IMG/VR virus record: IMGVR_UViG_2870579115_000001
Coordinates: 17,301 to 81,300 of that record
Source: a virus
Reading direction: 5' to 3' (one strand)
DNA: 64,000 bases
The notes under the pieces: generated by a model
What the model saw: the letters and a program-made list of their open reading frames with translations, nothing else
Databases searched by the model: none
Told to the model about the DNA's origin: nothing
Program-made: the position numbers and the translations under genes
Shown here: one piece after another, positions 27,942-35,355 of the stretch
Layout: each line of letters opens with the position of its first letter
Position numbering within the stretch: position 1 is the stretch's first letter

Positions 27942-27980
27942 CCGGAGCGGGCGGGGATTCCCGCCCTCCGCCCGCTCCGG
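27942..27980. terminator. perfect 13-bp stem hairpin in intergenic gap
   Basis: CCGGAGCGGGCGG-gggattcccgccct region-CCGCCCGCTCCGG, between minus genes 27994..28452 and 26818..27906. Confidence 0.5.
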
Positions 27981-27993
27981 GAAGGGGCCGCGG

Positions 27994-28452
27994 TCAGGTG
28001 CCGGGCTGGAAGGGGATCTGCGGGTGGAGGCCGTCGGGGCCGATGGCGTACCAGCACCAGTCGAAGCCGCCGATGGGCCAGACCGGGATGCCCGGGTCGC
28101 CGGGGTCGGCGTCGGGGTGCTCGTCGACGATGCGGCGGGGCAGGACGATGTCCGTCGCCCCCGCCGTGCCGTGCTTGGCGATGTTCATCCAGCAGATGAC
28201 GGTGACCACGACGCGAGGCTGGCCGTTCTCGGTGCCCCCGTCGAAGACGTGGACGCTGTCGTGCGCGCCGTGGCCGTGTTCGGCGACGTCGGCCTGTGTC
28301 TGCTCGGCGATGCGCTGGGCGGTCTCCAGGGTGAAATAGGGCTTCACCCAGCCCTCTTCGTGGATCTCTTCGGGGTCGACCAGCGCCGGGTACCGGTCCC
28401 GGTCGTTGGCGCAGACCGTGACTTCGATCATGGCGTGTGTCCCTTCGGTCAT
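27994..28452 (-). CDS. hypothetical protein, paralogue of the 26818..27906 N-terminus
   Basis: MIEVTVCANDRDRYPALVDPEEIHEEGWVKPYFTLETAQRIAEQTQADVAEHGHGAHDSVHVFDGG...PIGGFDWCWYAI. Confidence 0.6.
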   Translation of the reverse strand: MTEGTHAMIEVTVCANDRDRYPALVDPEEIHEEGWVKPYFTLETAQRIAEQTQADVAEHGHGAHDSVHVFDGGTENGQPRVVVTVICWMNIAKHGTAGATDIVLPRRIVDEHPDADPGDPGIPVWPIGGFDWCWYAIGPDGLHPQIPFQPGT

Positions 28453-28457
28453 GGGTC

Positions 28458-28492
28458 GGGGCGGACGGGCATTCCCTGCGCCCGTCCGCCCC
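28458..28492. terminator. perfect 13-bp stem hairpin in intergenic gap
   Basis: GGGGCGGACGGGC-attccctgc-GCCCGTCCGCCCC. Confidence 0.5.
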
Positions 28493-28507
28493 GTGGCGGG
28501 TGGTGGT

Positions 28508-28960
28508 CTACTGGCCGAACTCGAAGAGCGTCGGCGGCGGCGTCGGTGAGGCCGGCGGTTGGGCGCCCAGCTCGGGCACGTCGTCGCCGGTCTTCTCCTT
28601 CCACCAGGTGCCGAACATGAGCCGGTGGCACCACGCGTCGGCTGGTGGCAGCTTGGCCAGCCGGTCGAAGCAGAGCAGCACCACCGGGCTGTCGAGATCG
28701 TTGGCGCCCGCGATGCGCGTCAGCTCGTCGCGGATGGCGTCGATGCCGCGCGACTCCAGCAACCGCCGGTAGCTGAACTCGTACGCGTCACGGGCGGTGA
28801 GCCTGAGCAGTTCCCGTGTGGGCGTGACGGACCGCGCGTGCCCGGCCAGCGGGTAGCTGAGCTTGAAGCGCGGGTGGCCGACCGTGGAGCGGACCGGAGT
28901 GCCCATGTGAGGTGCGAACTCCTGGAACGTGCAGGTCGCCAGGCGGATGGGTTCGCTCAC
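28508..28960 (-). CDS. hypothetical protein, DUF488-like features
   Basis: MSEPIRLATCTFQEFAPHMGTPVRSTVGHPRFKLSYPL...SPVVLLCFDRLAKLPPADAWCHRLMFGTWW. Confidence 0.55.
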   Translation of the reverse strand: MSEPIRLATCTFQEFAPHMGTPVRSTVGHPRFKLSYPLAGHARSVTPTRELLRLTARDAYEFSYRRLLESRGIDAIRDELTRIAGANDLDSPVVLLCFDRLAKLPPADAWCHRLMFGTWWKEKTGDDVPELGAQPPASPTPPPTLFEFGQ

Positions 28961-29033
28961 GCTGTGCTCGCTTTCTCTCGCTTGCCCGGGCCGCCGTCGG
29001 CCCGGGGGTGTAGCAGTGTGCCAAGATCAACTC

Positions 29034-29049
29034 TATTGGGTACCCAATA
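29034..29049. promoter_or_regulatory. palindromic site P1 TATTGGGTACCCAATA
   Basis: Perfect 16-bp palindrome 74 nt upstream of the 28960 start. Confidence 0.7.
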
Positions 29050-29088
29050 TGTCGACCAGTGGAACGGCCCCGGAATTCCCGGGGAGTT

Positions 29089-29919
29089 TCAGGCGGCGGC
29101 GAACAGGCCGAGCTGTCTCGGCTGCCGCATCAGCCAGTCGTACGTCCGGAGCCGGCTGCCCGCGTAGCCCGGCAGGAACAGCAGGCAGGTGCGGACGTTC
29201 GTCCCGCACACTGCGAACGCGTCCTCGGGCAGTGCCTCGATCTCGCCGCCGACTTCTTCGACCAGGTCGCGGAACTCGGCGGTCAGCCTGTCGCTCCACC
29301 ACATCAGCCCGTTGGACATGACCGAGACGAGGATCCCGTCGTCGCTCATGAACCCGAGCGCGTGCTGGATGTGGTCGAGCCCGCCCGCGAACGGCGGGTT
29401 CATCACGATCCGGTCGAAGCCCTCTTCCGTGTACTCCAGCGGGTCCAGGTCGAGGAAGTCCCCGTGCACCACGCGACGGCAGTCGCCCTGCTCGCGCAGG
29501 ATCTCGGCCCGCCGCGCGTCCAGCTCGACGGCGTCGACCACGGCACCGCGCCGGGCGATCTCGCTCGTCATCGCCCCTGACCCGGCCGAGGGTTCCAGGA
29601 CGGTCATCCCGGTATTGATGCCCGCCAGGTCGCAGATCTGCATGACCAGGCTCGGCGGGGTCGGGAACCAGCCCTGCTCGTACTTCGACGGGTACTCACC
29701 GGCCGCGAGGCACTGCCGCATGAACTCCTCGATGCGGTACGGGAAGACGTGCGCGCGGACCGCCTTCCGGCCGTCCCACCGACCGCTCAGCTCCTTGAGC
29801 ACCTTGTTCATCTGCTCGTACACGGGCCGGTCGATCTCGAACGGCACCGCGACCTTGTCGTCTCGGATGATCGTGCGCGGGTCGGTGAGGACGCGCAGCA
29901 CTTCGGGCGGGAACTGCAT
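29089..29919 (-). CDS. DNA N6-adenine methyltransferase-like class I SAM methyltransferase
   Basis: MTVLEPSAGSGAMTSEIARRG (motif I) and DRIVMNPPFAGG (NPPF motif IV). Confidence 0.82.
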   Translation of the reverse strand: MQFPPEVLRVLTDPRTIIRDDKVAVPFEIDRPVYEQMNKVLKELSGRWDGRKAVRAHVFPYRIEEFMRQCLAAGEYPSKYEQGWFPTPPSLVMQICDLAGINTGMTVLEPSAGSGAMTSEIARRGAVVDAVELDARRAEILREQGDCRRVVHGDFLDLDPLEYTEEGFDRIVMNPPFAGGLDHIQHALGFMSDDGILVSVMSNGLMWWSDRLTAEFRDLVEEVGGEIEALPEDAFAVCGTNVRTCLLFLPGYAGSRLRTYDWLMRQPRQLGLFAAA

Positions 29920-30002
29920 GGTGAACCTCCTCGGAGGCAGGGCGAGGAGCGCCGGGGACGCGGCTGTGACCGCCGCGTCCCGACTGCTCGGGGGAGTTGG
30001 GG

Positions 30003-31196
30003 TCAGGCCGCAGCCGCGGCGTCCGGGTTGATCTCGATGGCGCCCGCGCGGACGGCGGCGATGGCCTGCGCGTCCCGCAGGTTCTTGATGGCCTTGGTCG
30101 TCAGGTCCCGCAGGTGCTCGATGCGCTGCCGGTATCCGGCGACACCTCCGCCGACTCCGGCCAGCAGCTCGGCCAGCTCGTCGGGGTCGGCCGCGACGAG
30201 CTCGGAGAGGATTTCGCCGGCCGTGCTGAGCTTGTCGACGCGCTTGGTCAGCCGGGTGCGGTCGGCGATGATCCGCTCGCGCTCCTCATCGGTGACGTCG
30301 TGCGCGCCGGGCAACGCGGCCTGTGTGCCGGACTGGCGGGGCGCCGCCGTCTCGTCGGCGAGGACGAAGAAGCTGCCCTGCGAGGCGCGGCGGTCCTCCT
30401 CGGCGCGGCAGGCGTTGACGAACGCCTCGGCGTCCCGCGTGCTCGCGAACTGGCCGCGCAGGTACTTTGCGATGAACCGCGCCTGGTTGTCGGTGCTGAG
30501 CTTGGCCACGTACCAGGCCAGCGCGGGCGGCAAGTGCCCCTTGGACATGGCTTCCTGCGCGGTCGGGCACAGCTTGAGCAGGTCGATGCGCCAGCCGACG
30601 TACGCGGCGGAGCGGCCGACACCTTCGGCGACCTCGTCGATGGTGTAGCCGTCGTCCTCCACGAGCCGGTGGAAAGCCTTGGCCTCTTCCAGCTCGGTCA
30701 TGTCCGCGCGGCCCACGTTCTCGGCGACCGCCTTCATCAGGATCGTGCGGTCGCCGTCCTGGATGCCGTGCTGCACGAGCGCGTCGAGCTCGGTCAGGCC
30801 CGCGATCTTCGCGGCCCGCCAGCGGCGCTCGCCCATGATGAGCGTGTAGCGGCGCGTGCCCGGGTTGTACCGGACGCTGATGGGCTGCTGCTGCCCGATC
30901 GTCCGCAGAGAGCCGGCCAGCTCGTTCAGCTTGGCCTGGTCGAAGTGCTCGCGCGGCTGGTTCGGGTCGCGGTCGATCCGGTCGACGGGGATGGCCTTGA
31001 GCGCAGTGCGCACCTTCTCGGCGGTCTGCTTGGCCTGCTCGGCAACCACCTCGCGGCGCTTGCTGACCTGCGTCGGCTCAACGGCCTTCTTCCTGCTGCG
31101 CTTCGTCGGCTCGACGGTCTTCTTCGCGGCGGGCTTCTTGGCGGGCGCCTTGCAGTCCGTGGCCTTCGTACCGGCGTCGGTCGTGGTGGCGGTCAT
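30003..31196 (-). CDS. parB: ParB family partition/nuclease-domain protein
   Basis: IPVDRIDRDPNQPREHFDQAKLNELAGSLRTIGQQQPISVR...LIMGERRWRAAKIAGLTELDALV; HTH YTIDEVAEGVGRSAAYVGWRIDLLKL; Lys/Ala-rich N-terminus. Confidence 0.88.
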   Translation of the reverse strand: MTATTTDAGTKATDCKAPAKKPAAKKTVEPTKRSRKKAVEPTQVSKRREVVAEQAKQTAEKVRTALKAIPVDRIDRDPNQPREHFDQAKLNELAGSLRTIGQQQPISVRYNPGTRRYTLIMGERRWRAAKIAGLTELDALVQHGIQDGDRTILMKAVAENVGRADMTELEEAKAFHRLVEDDGYTIDEVAEGVGRSAAYVGWRIDLLKLCPTAQEAMSKGHLPPALAWYVAKLSTDNQARFIAKYLRGQFASTRDAEAFVNACRAEEDRRASQGSFFVLADETAAPRQSGTQAALPGAHDVTDEERERIIADRTRLTKRVDKLSTAGEILSELVAADPDELAELLAGVGGGVAGYRQRIEHLRDLTTKAIKNLRDAQAIAAVRAGAIEINPDAAAAA

Positions 31197-31238
31197 CGCC
31201 TGTCCTCTCGGGTCTGAGGGGTGGTCGGGTGATGGGGC

Positions 31239-31274
31239 GCCCGCCGCATATTGGGTACCCAATATGCGGCGGGC
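31239..31274. promoter_or_regulatory. palindromic site P2, perfect 36-bp palindrome with TATTGGGTACCCAATA core, upstream of parB
   Basis: gcccgccgcatattgggtacccaatatgcggcgggc, 43 nt from the parB start. Confidence 0.75.
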
Positions 31275-31289
31275 AGGGTTCGATCAGGT

Positions 31290-31610
31290 TCAGTCGCCGC
31301 AGCACGCGCCGTTCGCGGCCGGGATCTGGAAGCACTCCATGCAGGTCTGCGCGCGAACCGCCGCCGCCTGCCGCTCGTTCGCCCGCCGGCCACGCTCGGC
31401 GTTCACTCGGTCCACGTACGCGTTGTACGTCTTGGCGCGTGCCGCGTACCGCTCCGATCGCCGCTGCTCAGCGAGCCACCTCTCGTGATTCTCGACCCGC
31501 CGCTCCTCGGGCGTCAGGGCCGCGCGGCGGGCGGTCTCTGCGTCCAACGCGGCCGAGAACATTTCGAGCTGGCGGATCGCACTGGCAGTGATGACGAACT
31601 TGGCGGGCAT
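31290..31610 (-). CDS. hypothetical protein
   Basis: MPAKFVITASAIRQLEMFSAALDAETARRAALTPEERRVENHERWLAEQRR...CMECFQIPAANGACC. Confidence 0.6.
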   Translation of the reverse strand: MPAKFVITASAIRQLEMFSAALDAETARRAALTPEERRVENHERWLAEQRRSERYAARAKTYNAYVDRVNAERGRRANERQAAAVRAQTCMECFQIPAANGACCGD

Positions 31611-31657
31611 TGCGGGCTCCTTCGGGCAGTGCGGGTGGGGGTTAACAAGATCAATTC

Positions 31658-31673
31658 TATTGGGTACCCAATA
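31658..31673. promoter_or_regulatory. palindromic site P3 TATTGGGTACCCAATA
   Basis: aacaagatcaattctattgggtacccaatacc, 48 nt upstream of the 31610 start. Confidence 0.7.
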
Positions 31674-31716
31674 CCCCGTACAGCGGATCGGCCCACGAAT
31701 TTCGCAGGTCAGGGGC

Positions 31717-33123
31717 CTATTCGACGGAGAACAAGGCGGGCTCCTCCTTCGTCTCCGCCGCCTCCGGGTCCGGCTCGATGGCGTGCACGAGGCTGCGCGG
31801 GCCGCCGCTCCAGCGGCCTCGGTACTTCAGCCCGCGTGCCTTCACCTTCTCGGTCACCTGGGACAGCAGCGTCCTCGAGTTCGCGGCCTCGCCGAACTTC
31901 CCGCCCTCGGGCGCGTGGATCGTCTCCGCCGGGTGGTCGGGGTGCGGCTTGCCCGCCCCGTTCAGCCACGTCAGCGTGGCCTCCGTCGCGTCCCAACCGC
32001 AGTCGACGCGGATCCTCTTCGGCACCTTCGGGTCGCTGCGCTTCTTCGGCCGCGTCTTCTTCGCCTCAGCCTGCGAGGCCCGGATCTTCTCGGCCGGGGC
32101 CGCCGCGGATGCCTCGCCGGCCGCTCTCGTGCCGGGCACCTTGCCGTCCGCGAGGAAGGCGTGCATTGCCTCCTCCGGGCAGCGGGCGCGCACCTTGGTG
32201 TAGTCGGCCGTGTGCGTCCAGATCTCCCCGTTCTCGGTGGCGTCCTCCAGCGACATCACCTGCTTTGGGTACAGCCGCAGGTTCCACGCGATCGACAGCG
32301 TCTTCGGGTTCACGCGTGCGACCTGGAACCAGGAGCGCTCGTACAGCGTGTAGTCGCCGGGCGCGAAGTCGTCCGGCCCCCAGACCTTCACGCCAGCGGC
32401 CTCGGCCTCGGCGACGATCGCCTCCCAGTACGCGATCTCCTCTTTCAGGTCCCGGATGCGCCTTCCGCGCCGGTCCGACGGGGAGTCCGAGTCCTCCTCT
32501 ACCGGTTCGCCGCGCAGCCGCTCGTGGCCGCGCAGCTCGGCTCGCAGCTTCTCCAGCCGCCGCAGCGTGCGGTACGGGTCCTTGCGGTGCTGCTCGTAGT
32601 TCTCCGCCGAGCCCGCCCGGTGCTGCCAGTGGTCACGGCGCTCGGCGTCGGCGATGGAGGCGCGCATGTTCGTGTGCATGCGCTCTTGATCCCGCCGGGC
32701 ACGCTTCTCGCTGTGGTGCCCGACCAGGATCGGCTGGCCGAACTCGAAGCGTGCGGAGATCCGGTCCGCCGCCGCGTGGCGCGCGTCCGAGGAGCGGCCA
32801 GCGTTGTCGGCGTAGCCCGCGAACCGCTCGGCGCGGTCCTCGGCCTGCTGCACGCGGTCGGCCTCGGCCTCGGCGAAGGTGCGCCGCGTGTCCTCGTCGA
32901 TCTCGGTCGTCACCGTGTGCCCGGCCGCCTCCAGTGCGGCCACCGCGCGGTTGATCAGCTCCGTGTCGGCCTCGCGGTCGCGCGAGCGCGGCACGTACAG
33001 CCCGACGTTGCGGGAGGAGCGGAACCCGCGGGTCTTCACGACCTCCCAGACGCCGTCTCCCTTCACACTGCCCTCGATCAGCGTGCCTTCCAGCCTGCTG
33101 TGGGTGATGATCACTGTCGCCAT
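31717..33123 (-). CDS. DUF3560-like protein
   Basis: ...RTFAEAEADRVQQAEDRAERFAGYADNA...ARHAAADRISARFEFGQPILVGHHSEKRARRDQERM...RDHWQHRAGS... Confidence 0.75.
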   Translation of the reverse strand: MATVIITHSRLEGTLIEGSVKGDGVWEVVKTRGFRSSRNVGLYVPRSRDREADTELINRAVAALEAAGHTVTTEIDEDTRRTFAEAEADRVQQAEDRAERFAGYADNAGRSSDARHAAADRISARFEFGQPILVGHHSEKRARRDQERMHTNMRASIADAERRDHWQHRAGSAENYEQHRKDPYRTLRRLEKLRAELRGHERLRGEPVEEDSDSPSDRRGRRIRDLKEEIAYWEAIVAEAEAAGVKVWGPDDFAPGDYTLYERSWFQVARVNPKTLSIAWNLRLYPKQVMSLEDATENGEIWTHTADYTKVRARCPEEAMHAFLADGKVPGTRAAGEASAAAPAEKIRASQAEAKKTRPKKRSDPKVPKRIRVDCGWDATEATLTWLNGAGKPHPDHPAETIHAPEGGKFGEAANSRTLLSQVTEKVKARGLKYRGRWSGGPRSLVHAIEPDPEAAETKEEPALFSVE

Positions 33124-33149
33124 GGGGCGAACCTCCTTCGGATATGCGT

Positions 33150-33177
33150 CCGCCCGGAGCCGTGTGGCTCCGGGCGG
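33150..33177. terminator. 12-bp stem hairpin
   Basis: CCGCCCGGAGCC-gtgt-GGCTCCGGGCGG. Confidence 0.5.
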
Positions 33178-33225
33178 GTGGGTGCAGGGGCGGGGCCGGT
33201 CGGCCCCACCCGGTACGTGGTGTCG

Positions 33226-33534
33226 TCAGCTACTGGCGGTGCGCTCCTCGACGTGTGCCTGAGCAGTCAGCCGCGCGTCGGCCCACGCGAGGATCAGCGC
33301 CTTCCCGGCCTCGCCTGCGGCCTCGCCGGGGCTCTTGCCGCTGTCGATCGCGTCCAGGTAGCGGATGGCGGTCAGCTCCGCCGCGCTGTCGCGGGTCAAT
33401 GTGTCGAACAGGCCCTCAAGGTCGAGGTGCGGGTACTCCGCGTGGAGCGCCTTCGCGGCGAGCGCGGCGATCCTGCCGACGGCTTCGCTGAGGTCGCGGA
33501 CCTGGTCGGGGCTGAGGGGCTGGCAAGTGGGCAT
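33226..33534 (-). CDS. hypothetical protein
   Basis: MPTCQPLSPDQVRDLSEAVGRIAALAAKALHAEYPHLDLEGLFDTL... Confidence 0.55.
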   Translation of the reverse strand: MPTCQPLSPDQVRDLSEAVGRIAALAAKALHAEYPHLDLEGLFDTLTRDSAAELTAIRYLDAIDSGKSPGEAAGEAGKALILAWADARLTAQAHVEERTASS

Positions 33535-33567
33535 GGCTGCGTTCCCTTCTCGGGTGGCCGGCTGGCC

Positions 33568-33595
33568 CCGCCCGGAGCTGTCTGGCTCCGGGCGG
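33568..33595. terminator. 11-bp stem hairpin, near-copy of the 33150 hairpin
   Basis: CCGCCCGGAGC-tgtctg-GCTCCGGGCGG. Confidence 0.5.
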
Positions 33596-33613
33596 TTCGG
33601 TGTGGGCGTCGGG

Positions 33614-34018
33614 CTAGCTGGTGGCGGTCGCGGCGGCGGGCTCCTCGTCGTCGATCTCCTCGATGCCGTCCGTCGCGTTGAGGAACTTGCGCAGCCCCAT
33701 CTCCACGGCGTGACGCGCCTGGTTCGTGGTGAGGCTCGTGCTCATGCTGAAGCCGTAGTGCAGGAGCGTTTCCGTCGCTGCCGCGCGCCGCGCCTTCAGC
33801 CCTTCACGCACGCCGCGCCGCTCGATGGCGGTCATGAGGTCGTGCCACGGCTCCGCCTCGGCGGAAGCGGTCATGGCCTCGTCCATGAGGCCCGTCAGCT
33901 TGTGGGCCGGCGATGACTCCCGCAGCGCGGACGACAGGCTCTCGCTGCGCTGCTTCTCGGTGCGGAAGAAGGCTTCGGCGCGGGCGGTGAGGCGCTTGCG
34001 GGCGGATTCTGCGTTCAA
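33614..34018 (-). CDS. hypothetical protein
   Basis: MNAESARKRLTARAEAFFRTEKQRSESLSSALRESSPAHKL... Confidence 0.5.
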   Translation of the reverse strand: MNAESARKRLTARAEAFFRTEKQRSESLSSALRESSPAHKLTGLMDEAMTASAEAEPWHDLMTAIERRGVREGLKARRAAATETLLHYGFSMSTSLTTNQARHAVEMGLRKFLNATDGIEEIDDEEPAAATATS

Positions 34019-34056
34019 TGGGACGGGCTCCTTCGGGTGTGGGCGGTGCGAGGTGG

Positions 34057-34317
34057 TCAGTGGATGCGGAGGGCGCTCTGCGCGGCTTCGACGATGCGGA
34101 GGGTCTGCCCCCAAGTGGCCTCCGCCTGCGGGTACTCGGTGCCGCCGTAGCCGTGGCGTCCGGTGACCCGGGCCTTTGTCGGCTCGCTGCTGGCAGGGAG
34201 GACAACGGTCCAGGTGTAGGAGCCGTGCGTGACCTCGGTCGTCGCACCCAGGTTGGTTCGCGTCCAGGCGGTCGCGTTCCCTGCGGTGGCGAATACTTCG
34301 CTGATCACGGCGTCCAT
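34057..34317 (-). CDS. hypothetical protein
   Basis: MDAVISEVFATAGNATAWTRTNLGATTEVTHGSYTWTVVLP...; preceded by element R3. Confidence 0.5.
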   Translation of the reverse strand: MDAVISEVFATAGNATAWTRTNLGATTEVTHGSYTWTVVLPASSEPTKARVTGRHGYGGTEYPQAEATWGQTLRIVEAAQSALRIH

Positions 34318-34346
34318 CTCGCATCCTTTCGGGGTGGTTTGTTGAT

Positions 34347-34393
34347 CTACATTCATCATTCCATAAGTGCGCTTTGGAAAACTCATTTTGGGA
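34347..34393 (-). promoter_or_regulatory. conserved element R3
   Basis: ctacattcatcattccataagtgcgctttggaaaactcattttggga. Confidence 0.6.
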
Positions 34394-34463
34394 CTTGATG
34401 CCGACGGAGTTTCAGTGATTTGACCTGCGAAAACACGGCAGTCCGAACCTTGATCACTCGAAC

Positions 34464-34479
34464 TATTGGGTACCCACTA
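34464..34479. promoter_or_regulatory. palindromic site P4 (TATTGGGTACCCACTA), imperfect copy just upstream of the HTH gene
   Basis: cttgatcactcgaactattgggtacccactatgc; 11 nt upstream of ATG 34490. Confidence 0.6.
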
Positions 34480-34489
34480 TGCTTCGGCT

Positions 34490-34777
34490 ATGGATCACCG
34501 CGAACTGCCCGCAGTCTTCGCCGACTTGGCACGCCTCGCCGAAGGGGAGGCCACTCTCGAACAGGCCGCGGCGCTCACCCGCGCTCTGGAAGCCGTGCCC
34601 GAGCTCCAGGGATGGCTGCGCGGCCAACGCCAGCGCGTCGTCTCCGACCTGATGGCCACTCACAGCCGCGAGGAGATCGGCAACCGCATCGACTGCAAGC
34701 CGCAGCGGGTCTCCGACATCGCAGCCGGGCACCGGCGCCAGGCCGGCCCGCGCCGCACCGTGAAGCCCGACGCCTGA
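34490..34777 (+). CDS. small HTH DNA-binding protein, candidate regulator
   Basis: MDHRELPAVFADLARLAEGEATLEQAAALTRALEAVPELQGWLRGQRQRVVSDLMATHSREEIGNRIDCKPQRVSDIAAGHRR; one of few plus-strand genes. Confidence 0.65.
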   Translation: MDHRELPAVFADLARLAEGEATLEQAAALTRALEAVPELQGWLRGQRQRVVSDLMATHSREEIGNRIDCKPQRVSDIAAGHRRQAGPRRTVKPDA

Positions 34778-34795
34778 CCGGCCCCGGGCACGCAG

Positions 34796-34830
34796 AGGGC
34801 GCCCCGCACCAGGTGCGAGGCGCCCTCTTC
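34796..34830. terminator. bidirectional hairpin between convergent genes
   Basis: agagggcgcc...ggcgccctct between plus gene ending 34777 and minus gene ending 34848. Confidence 0.65.
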
Positions 34831-34847
34831 CGGTCCTGACTCGCGGG

Positions 34848-35294
34848 TCAGCCTGCTTCGATCCGCTGGAGGTCCGCGAGGACCGGGCCGACGTCCTCGT
34901 ACGCGAACTCGATCACGGAGGCGACACCCGACTCGTCCTTCGGCCCGTACCGGTAGGAGTTGGGCGCGGTCACCAGCAGGCGGCCGTCGACCTGGACGGC
35001 GCCCGCGCCGCCCTCGTGGCTGCCGCTGTCGCGCCACCGCAGGTAGCTGTCGGACTCCACGACCTGTTGCAGGGCGGCGGCCAGCGCACCGGCCGGGCTC
35101 GGTGCCAGCGTCGTGTCCTCGTCGACGACGTGCCATGCGGCGGCCCGCTCTTCGTCGGTGACATCGCCCCGGTCGGCGACCATGCGCACGACCGCGCGCT
35201 CGTAGATGCTCGCGCCGACGTACGCGGACTCGCGGCGGGTCTCCACGGAGTGCCAGGGGCTCATGGCCTGGGTGGGTTCGAGAACGGCGCCCAT
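34848..35294 (-). CDS. hypothetical protein
   Basis: MGAVLEPTQAMSPWHSVETRRESAYVGASIYERAVVRMVADRG... Confidence 0.5.
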   Translation of the reverse strand: MGAVLEPTQAMSPWHSVETRRESAYVGASIYERAVVRMVADRGDVTDEERAAAWHVVDEDTTLAPSPAGALAAALQQVVESDSYLRWRDSGSHEGGAGAVQVDGRLLVTAPNSYRYGPKDESGVASVIEFAYEDVGPVLADLQRIEAG

Positions 35295-35355
35295 CGCGGG
35301 GCCTCCTTCGGGTGTCGGGTGAGCCGGAGACCGGTCGGCCCCAGCATGGGGCAAA

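Noticed and set aside
31588-33681. 697-aa plus-strand ORF
   Set aside because: Covers the DUF3560-like gene and neighbours in antisense; non-coding composition.
34466-34489. Upstream TTG start for the 34490 HTH gene (MGTHYASA...) and a similar TTG start for parB (MGTQYAAG...)
   Set aside because: The apparent extensions are just translation of the palindromic site; the downstream ATG starts fit better.
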